Positions 54,166-64,000 of a stretch of DNA of 64,000 nt are shown in pieces. The position numbers were made by a program, and so were the translations under genes. Under the pieces are notes generated by a model. It was given only the letters and a program-made list of their open reading frames with translations, did no database searches and was not told the origin of the DNA. The DNA is from Octopus vulgaris (taxonomy: Eukaryota), in assembly GCA_951406725.2 (NCBI GenBank), contig OX597826.1, positions 82,708,001 to 82,772,000 of the forward strand, written 5' to 3'. The stretch's first letter is position 1. Every line of letters starts with the position of its first letter.

Positions 54166-54967
54166 GACTGTAAAATTTCTACCCTTCTCATGATAGTAGA
54201 ATATTCCCTATTACAATGAGTATAGGGCTGTGCATTGGTTGGTTGTTGCAGCGTCATCTATTCCAGATCTTTACATTCTAAGTTCAAATCTCGCCAAGTT
54301 TAATGTAGGTCTTTATTCCTCTCTGTCGATTAAATTAAGTAAATTAATACCGATGTCAATGGTGTCAGATAATTCAATCCACCGATAAGCACTGCTCAGA
54401 TTAAAAACTATTATCTAAATGGCCGACTCTGGTTGGCAACTTGAAAAATGTTTCATTAAATTAATTGACTATGGAATGTAGTTGTAAGAATATGTCTAAT
54501 ATTCAAGAGTATAGTGTTAACTCCACTCATATTTTAGCTTTCTGGCCTCATAAGAATTAAACATGTCTGGAATTTTTACCACATTGCTAAAGAGACCAAA
54601 CTTATTCCACCGCTATATCGCTAATTTAGCTCCTTTTAATTAATCAAGTTTCTAGGGTTATCTTCCTCGCTTTTGTTCTTCTAGAATTAATAATTTCGAT
54701 AATGATTGGTGCCAACGTTAAGTATACAAGTTTTATTAAGATTTCGTGGCATCAATATTTAACCGTCGAATTATCCTGTCTTTCTATTCATTTGCATGTC
54801 AATATATTTATCAATATTTATGTCCAGTGTATGTGAAGGAGTGAGTATGTGGGTCTGTGTGAGTGTGCGCGCGCATGTGTGCGTGTGTGTGTATGTATAT
54901 GTATATATATATATGTATATATATATATATTTATATATATATATATATTATATATATATATATTTAT

Positions 54968-55159
54968 AACTCTAGTCATATAAAATAGCCATAATAGCCA
55001 CCCTAGAAATTTAGCACTAAGTTATCCACATAGGAGAAAATTAAAAAATTTATGTTAAATTTTTAATTTTCTCCGTAGTTTACGTGAATTGATGTTATTA
55101 AATTAATGGTATTATTAAATTAATATGTTATTTCTAGTGGTTATAATTTTATTATGGCC

Positions 55160-55160
<1 letters not shown>
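54968..55160. repeat. AT-rich palindromic insert between (TA)n tracts
   Basis: ggagaaaattaaaaaattta-tgt-taaatttttaattttctcc hairpin (55033-55074) with outer arms gccataa/ttatggc and ctagaaat/atttctag. Confidence 0.65.
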
Positions 55161-55621
<461 letters not shown>

Positions 55622-55984
55622 TGTCACCTTTCCATCCCGCGTGTCACCTCCACCGTTTAGTTCAGTCTGGGCAATGTGCACTTAGAAGCTTCTGTGCTTC
55701 TTATTGTCGGCTACCACCAATCAGTTCCATCTCGCAGGGTAATTCAATAGTATGTATGGGGATACACGTGGAACTGCTTTCAGTTTAGAATATAATAATA
55801 ACAATAATGACATGCCAATAGAAACCCATACGCTTTAGTAATGCATTACAACATGTTTCTACACACAACGCGATCAATTGAAAACAATTTATTCATATTC
55901 ATGTAGAATTAAGCTGACTCTTAGTAATTACAGATTTAAATTCTTTTCTTTCGCTTCATTTTCAGTGTGTGTGTTTGTCTCTCT

Positions 55985-56200
55985 AAGTGGATTTGGTAGA
56001 TGGAATCTGAAAAAGCCCGTCATATATATATGTGTATATATATATATATAGTCGACGAGGAAATCGACCCCAGGACTTATTCTTTGTAAGCCTAGTACTT
56101 ATTCTATAGGTCTCCTTTGCCGAACCGCTCAGTTACGTATACGTAAACGCTCCAGCATCGGTTGTCAAGTGATGTTGGAAGGGAAAAAACACAGACACAC
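55985..56200. mobile_element. Two SINE family A fragments in opposite orientation joined at (TA)n
   Basis: 55985-56021 matches the family A middle on +; 56051-56200 matches the family A 3' half on -. Confidence 0.8.
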
Positions 56201-56245
56201 ACGCACACATATACATACACACACACATATATATATATATATATG

Positions 56246-56288
<43 letters not shown>

Positions 56289-57825
56289 TCTATCAATCTC
56301 AATATGTGTTTATGAGTTAAACGTTTCTGATTACCTTTGTGTGTCTGAATGTATGTATGTATTCTATGAAATGCAGCTAAGAGATGTAGACAGTGAATGA
56401 ATTTCTATTCGTGTAGCTAGCTTGATTTGATTTGGTTTTACAAACTGAAAAATACCAAACCAAAAGAATTATTTGTAAATTTCACCCTCTGACCTCCGCT
56501 ACTGCTTGTTGGAATTGGAAGATTTTCAATGGAGATATACTATTTAATATGCATCGAGCATACGAGATATGTTGCTAGGGTATAAGAACATGTGGAACAG
56601 GTAAAGCTTCAAATAATAATGAGATGAGTGAATTATATCAGCGAACATATTATCAAAATTATTCTGAACCTTTCATATATTCAAAATAGTTAAGCTGAGG
56701 CATATTCAATTTTGACAAATTATTAATTTATTTTTCAAAATAAGTGATTTATAAGATCTGTGAGAGCAAAAATGAAACCCTCATATTTTCAACTTATATT
56801 TGAATATATAGAAATTTCTTAAGCTATGGAGCTTCATAAAGGAAAATATAAAGTCTTCATTTGGGTTGACGTTTTTGATAAAATCTATTCCAACTCACTT
56901 CAGTTTTGTAATCTTCCTTTTCCCCACTGAATGTGATAGGGCCTCATATCTTATAATGAAATTTCATACATAGCGAAAGAAATATTAGTATCAATTCATA
57001 GGACGAAATACCTCGGTATTTTCTCCGAGAGAGAACAAATGAAATATTGGGATTTCTTTTTATTTGTCACAGAATTAATTTTTGTTAATGGGGTGATTAG
57101 AGCCAGTTAAACGGAACCCCATCTATATTCCTTTGATTTAATCTAATACGATAAGAAGGAATTTGAAGTCATCCCCATGCTTATTTGACCTGAAAGACAT
57201 AGGCTGGAGGCAAAATGCCACAAGGCATTGCAAAGTTTAATTCATCTCGACATCATTTTGTCAAGAATAGTTAAGTGCCGTGAGATTAAGATGCTTAAAA
57301 GGAATGGGAGACTAAGAAGTACTGCAAGGCATTTAATCCATCGCCTTATTATCCTACCACTAGAAAGCAGTGAGCAGACAGAAGCATTGGCAATAAAGCA
57401 ATAAAGCAATAAAGCCTAATTATTAATGTAAGCATGAAAGCCTAATTATTACATGAATAGACTACGTCGGGAAAAGTAGACTACATCGGGAGCAATCTGT
57501 AGGATCGGTTGTTGATCGAACCTGTTTCATTGTTATGTACGAATTATCAGCACAGGTTTAATTGCCTTTCACAAGATGATGGTCGATAGAAGTCAGCGAT
57601 TAATGAATAAGATGTAAACTAGAATGTTCTTGGGTACATCTTTTATACATTTTCAATATTGCGGTTGGAGGTTAATTCCCAAAGTATAATGGAACAGTAA
57701 ATTTCTGCTCACTGTGAACATCAACTTAAAATCTCCCGTGTTGCCTACAAACAGCAACTTAAAGGCTGCTTCAAGTTGAATAAAGCAGAGGTACACATTC
57801 ATTTTCCGATGTATTTACCATGCGA

Positions 57826-57857
<32 letters not shown>

Positions 57858-60800
57858 ATTTACATGCACCCATATACCCTCATGAGCATTCATGCATATC
57901 CTGGATCGCATTTGTAAGAAATATTACAAGGCGTATACATCTTGCAGAGTACTTAACGTAACTGATCAGAGAAAACGATTGATACACGAATTTTATTCTT
58001 CCCATCATCTGCCTCTGAGCAGCTTCCTTAGTTTCCTATCAAACTCTTTACTGTTTCTCAACGTTTATCATAAATTCATAATTTCTGTAATCTCTTCCAT
58101 ATTTTCCTTGTTTTTTTACTTTCCCCAGCAAACGATCCAAATCATTATCTTTGTACGTTCACTACAGAAGTAGATATGTGCACAATTTGATATCAGTAAC
58201 CGTCATCATATACACACATACACAAATATATGTATATATGAGATGTGTAATTTTTAATACACTTGTACTTTGGTTTCGGTAGGTGGTGTGTTAGGTGTAG
58301 AAGGAACACATATGTCGGTGATTTGTGAGCAAGCGAAAAGAGGAAAAAATGCAATAAATCTATTTCGCATTCTTAATTTAACGTTTTCAGTTTGATAGTC
58401 AATTAATTAACTGCAGCAATCATATGAAGAAAATCAAATACTAAGTGTAATAAAAAAAATTATAAAACATTAACCAATATGAGGATACACTAACGATACT
58501 TTCTAATTAAATCTCAAAATGAACTTTATCTTAAACAATATGCTACAGGGAATTAATTTTTTCTAGATTTAAAATTCCATTCATTGTAAATTCATAATAT
58601 CTAAAAATTAATTAAATCCATTATGCATCCTTCAAATCTATATGTAGGAAATTGCAAGTAATTTTTTGCGTGTTATTTTGTGGGTTTTTTTAAATGTTAG
58701 CTTTACATCTATTTTATATTAAGTGTTGTTATATTTTAGTCCGAACAATATGCACCCAAACTGAACATTCGGCGCCTATAGCGATCTCGTAATTGCCCAC
58801 GTGGCATACTTCTTTTTAATTCCTTTGTCGTTGTTTTTTTATGAAAGATTTTCATTAATTGATTTTAAAACAAATGAGAAACTAAAGAAGGTCACTAAAG
58901 CCAATAATGCTGCGAAATATATTAACTCTAATACACTGGAGTTAATATATACACACAAGAGTGGCATATTTGATTATCTTTGATTTATCTTTTTTATTTC
59001 CCAAATTATTTCTCATAAAAAATTCATTTGGGGGGGCAATTTTTGGCCAATTTCGCAAAGACTAAGTAGACATTATGTAAGAGGTATATGGCAGCCAGTA
59101 GAACTGCAACTTTTAAATGGTTGTAATTGGTGCTGAATATTTGTAGCACAGTAGCAAAATTCAAAAACAAAGAAATTGAAGTTTTCATCATGAAGATAAT
59201 CAATTATTTCTCATGATGCCACATATCTTTCTGCCACTTCTTTAGATGGAAAATATGTTATATTATCAAGGGTGAGTGTGTTGAGTGTCGCAGTTTGTGT
59301 AGGCAACAGCCTGTTAAAGATCCAACTCATTACACGAAAATTGGTCATTAGATGGCTTTCTTTAACATGGGACCTACAATAGACCTATAATTCAAAGGTA
59401 CTTAAATCATTACCATCTTGTCATTACATGGACTATTTAAACTAAAATTCCCTATTTTTAAGGAGAGTAGGGTGTCATTTCAGGAAGATTCCTCTGCTAT
59501 TTCCAACAGGCCAAGCAACTACGTAGAAGTTTTCATGTTGGCTCATTAATCGACTAATATTCCCATCAAATATAAATAGGTTTAGAGGGAAACCTCGACT
59601 CTCACTGCTTTACAAAACATTGTCTAAAATCCACTTTGCTTTGTACAAAAGGCTGGATTTTCTGAAATGTTACCTAAATACTGAAAGCTTGCATAACATT
59701 TCAGATGCTGTGTTAATATTTTCCGATGCACATGGAATAATCATAGTCGTTGTGGCTACTAACTCCGTGTATAAGAGCATTAGAACCGCGATTCCGAAAG
59801 TTCTCTTTTACATCGCTCTCTTTAAATGATTATAAAACAATTGTCAATTATACACACATTTTATAGGTTAGGGTAATTATATTTTCTAGAGTTCATGACA
59901 TTTTCAGATCGTTAGGGACATTGGTGACGAAATTTAATGTTTATCGAGAATTAAAATCTTATTTACTCACAACGAACAAAATGCTTATTTTACAGTCTTA
60001 AACACGCATTTATTAAAATAACCTGTTTTAATAATTCCCGCTGCTTAAATATTGACAAGCAGTGATCAATAGAATATCCTCGATGGCAACACACACATAG
60101 TTGAAATTATGAATGCATCGCTAATATCCACGCAAATGAGAGAAAAATTAAAATCTTTTTTGCCACAACGAAGAAATACTTTTGGCCAAAATATTTTGTC
60201 ATTGAAAATACAAACACACTTCACACATATATGTTTATCTATTTACAAATATAAGAAATATTGTGCAAACCTTTCCTTAAAAGCTTCTAGAAAATGACTA
60301 TTAATTTTGTATCGGATTTTTCTTATGATTTAATATTTCCGAAAATCCTAAAATGTCCTATTTCAGAGTATAATGGTTTCCTGTTGGATGTTGGATTTCT
60401 AAATTTCAAATATTATTTCCTCTAATATTATCTTTCTAATCTTAGCTCGAGGTGTAAATATGAATTTCATTCTGAATATTGTAACTCATTCAGATGCTAT
60501 CTATTTCTGGCCATTCTTCTATTCTCTGCTGGCACAAGGAACAGCAAGCTTTTTGTTGGACTTCTTTTAATCCGCCTTATCTTGCTCTAGTCTTTCTCTG
60601 CAATTCCAATATCATTTTACGAAAAGGAAGCTGTTTCACAGTTTACGATATCAGTATCTAAGACAAGATATGATTCCCTTGTCATAATGTCTAGAATATA
60701 AAGAATTTTATATATTCGCGGTTGCTGCGTATTAGACGATGCTATCAATGAAACTGAAGATTTATCCTGTCAGAACAGCGTCGGAATTGGAGGCAAAAAG

Positions 60801-61046
60801 GAAAAACAAAGAGATCGGATATGCTGACTACAAAGGTGTAAGATTTATATGAATTCTATTACTTGGAATACATTCTACACGAGTGATATAAATTACACAC
60901 AAATACATGCACACACGCAAGCACACACAAACACACACATATATATATATATACATACATATATACATGCATATAAATATATATCACATACAATTACACT
61001 TATATATATGTATATATACATACACACACATATACATATATATATG

Positions 61047-61097
<51 letters not shown>

Positions 61098-61542
61098 ATA
61101 TAATTTGTAATATATTGTTGTACTTATGTGTTTCAATATCTACGTAAAGGTGTTTATATGTGTGAAACATGCATGTATGATTGTATAAGTTCAAAGAAAC
61201 GAAAGTTATTGCAAAATATTTCAGGGAAGAAATTTTTTGCAAAGCAAATAAACTGTCGAATTATTAAGATCATAATAAAAGAGAATAAACAAAAGGTAGA
61301 TTAGAAAAGAAAATATGAATGCATCTTAATATATATTATCTCGTTCCTTGAATTCTGATAGTTTTTTTCTTATCAGCGTCTTTGTGTCACTTATGCTATA
61401 TTATGAAATTTCTAGAGACGAATAATAACAATAATAATGATGATAATAACATCAACAGCAAAGGTAGGTGAAATGTTGTTGACATTTCAGGTAACCTTTC
61501 GATTTCTAGCGAACAGAAAAAATATTGGGTTATTCGAAATCT

Positions 61543-61575
<33 letters not shown>

Positions 61576-61576
61576 T

Positions 61577-61613
<37 letters not shown>

Positions 61614-62572
61614 CACCAACAACAACACCACCAACACCAACACCAAGAAGAAGAAGAAGAAGTGTATAATACAAAAACAACGGCGGTGTATATAAATGCA
61701 TTTTTTTTTTAAATATTCGATCTGCACATTTTATAAAAGGGTACTTTGGTAAAGATTAATTTTGTTTGTAGCCCTAAACACTTTTCTTTGGGTAGATTGA
61801 ATTTTTTTTTTTAAATATCGGTATGGCATCCACCTATGTTGTGGAAAATGACAAATTTGAACATCTTGGTTAAACTTAACTCTTACTTGATGAAGATATT
61901 TGATATGAGAAGAAATGAAAGACGTCTGGATATACTGTTCAAAACTGAATATATTAATCGTTATGAAAAAAACTACAAAGTGTGAAAAGAAATCAATATT
62001 AAAATTCGAAAATATTTTAACACCTTCACATTGAATTAGAACTACATTTGATAAAGATAACTATTAAATTGCATTAAATTTGATAGAACCATTAGAAATC
62101 ATTAGAAAGATCTAAATATAATTTAAATTTGTTATTGACAAATGAGAGCGATTCAACATGGAATATCTAAATAACAACCCAGAGAGTGGAATATGTTGCT
62201 GTGAATTATTCAGATATTCCTAGGTTAGATAATTCGATGCTCTTATCGACAGAAATAAATGAAAATCACACGTAGAACTTTCATAAACAATAAAATATAA
62301 ATTGCTGCATTGTTAATTCTTATTTTGCTTTCTAAATTCATATAATTGGATGTTTTCGTGAATGTAAGTTACTATATCATTTATCACACCATTTTATTTT
62401 AGTAATTAGTAACATGTCTCTTAATCATATAACTGACAGACTGTAAGTAAATGTAAACAACTTCATTTATATAGGAAAATATCTGTAGGCTGACAACTTA
62501 CTATCTGAGTCTCCAATTCAATCTTAGACATAGACATATCAAACTAATTCCATTATTAGGCATAATACTAGC

Positions 62573-63062
<490 letters not shown>

Positions 63063-63211
63063 CACACATACACTCATACACGCACCAATGAAAGCATCCG
63101 TTTGAACGAATAGAAATTATAGATTTCGGAAAGTAATACTCAAGTTTGTTACTTCCTTCTCCTAATAATGTCAATTTAAATTGGAGTGTGTGTGTGTGTG
63201 TACTTCGTTCA

Positions 63212-63242
<31 letters not shown>

Positions 63243-64000
63243 CTGGTTTCGTTTATATGGATATTCGTCTGCTTAATTGTTTGCCTTTGTGCGTTTGTGT
63301 CTCCATCTCTATCTGTATTTTGCAGAATGCAGCGGGACTTTTGATGTTATATTATCGATGTTTGACTAAATAGAGACAAAGTAGTTGTAAGTAATAAAGA
63401 AAAAAAAAAACGAAACGTTGTTAGCTCCGTCTTTTGTCAGGAGACTTCTATTGTACACATAAAAGACAGGATTTTATCTAATTGATAATTAATACTCGCA
63501 CCTGTAATAATGTGTCTTTCCTCTTTCTCTAAAATAACATAGAACGGTGGATTGATTACATAGTTCAGCATTTGATGTCCGCCTCAAACTGAAATTTTTC
63601 ATTTCGTTAAATTAAGACAAAAATGCTATTAATAGAATGGATTGATTCCTCGTATTCTTGTGAAACTGATTATGTTTGGTTTTGGTTTAGACAACCTATC
63701 ACTTGTCTATCCATTGTGTTTGTTATTCAGTGCAGTTCAATCCTAATGCATTCGACCAAGGGCCAAATTAGTTCAGCTGCGACTATCGTTTACATAACAT
63801 TTTACACTCAGTTTACACCGCGGAGCATACTCTTTATTCGCTGCAGACAGGGGTTCATAGAAATAACACGTTATGAAACTGTTGAGATCCCGTCTTCGGT
63901 AGTGTGCCCCCAACACACGAGCCCAACTGACGGCTTTTGTGCCTTCCTGTTTCAGCGCACGCACACTAGCTTGGATGATGCAACTTTCATTCTACACAGC

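Overview
AT-rich, microsatellite-saturated animal genomic DNA. The SINE families and the (TA)n/(CA)n/(TCTA)n/(TAA)n load resemble an octopus (coleoid cephalopod) genome; this is pattern recognition, not a database result. I cannot support any intact host protein-coding gene, and most ORF-track entries are translated microsatellites. Recognisable content: (1) a head-to-tail stack of R4/Dong-like restriction-endonuclease non-LTR retrotransposon fragments in (TAA)n tracts at 1-3.7 kb, followed by two copies of an unclassified ~550-bp element also flanked by (TAA)n; (2) a decayed mariner; (3) two CR1-like LINE fragments, one nearly intact, whose 3' motif is shared with a tRNA-derived SINE; (4) at least four SINE families; (5) a Helentron-type non-autonomous element; (6) a family of short fold-back elements in (TA)n tracts carrying a minimal type I hammerhead-ribozyme-like motif, probably Penelope-like or retrozyme-like, which is the most interesting signal. 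A possible 23-nt microexon and a further splice acceptor suggest, weakly, that the window lies inside long introns of a + strand gene.
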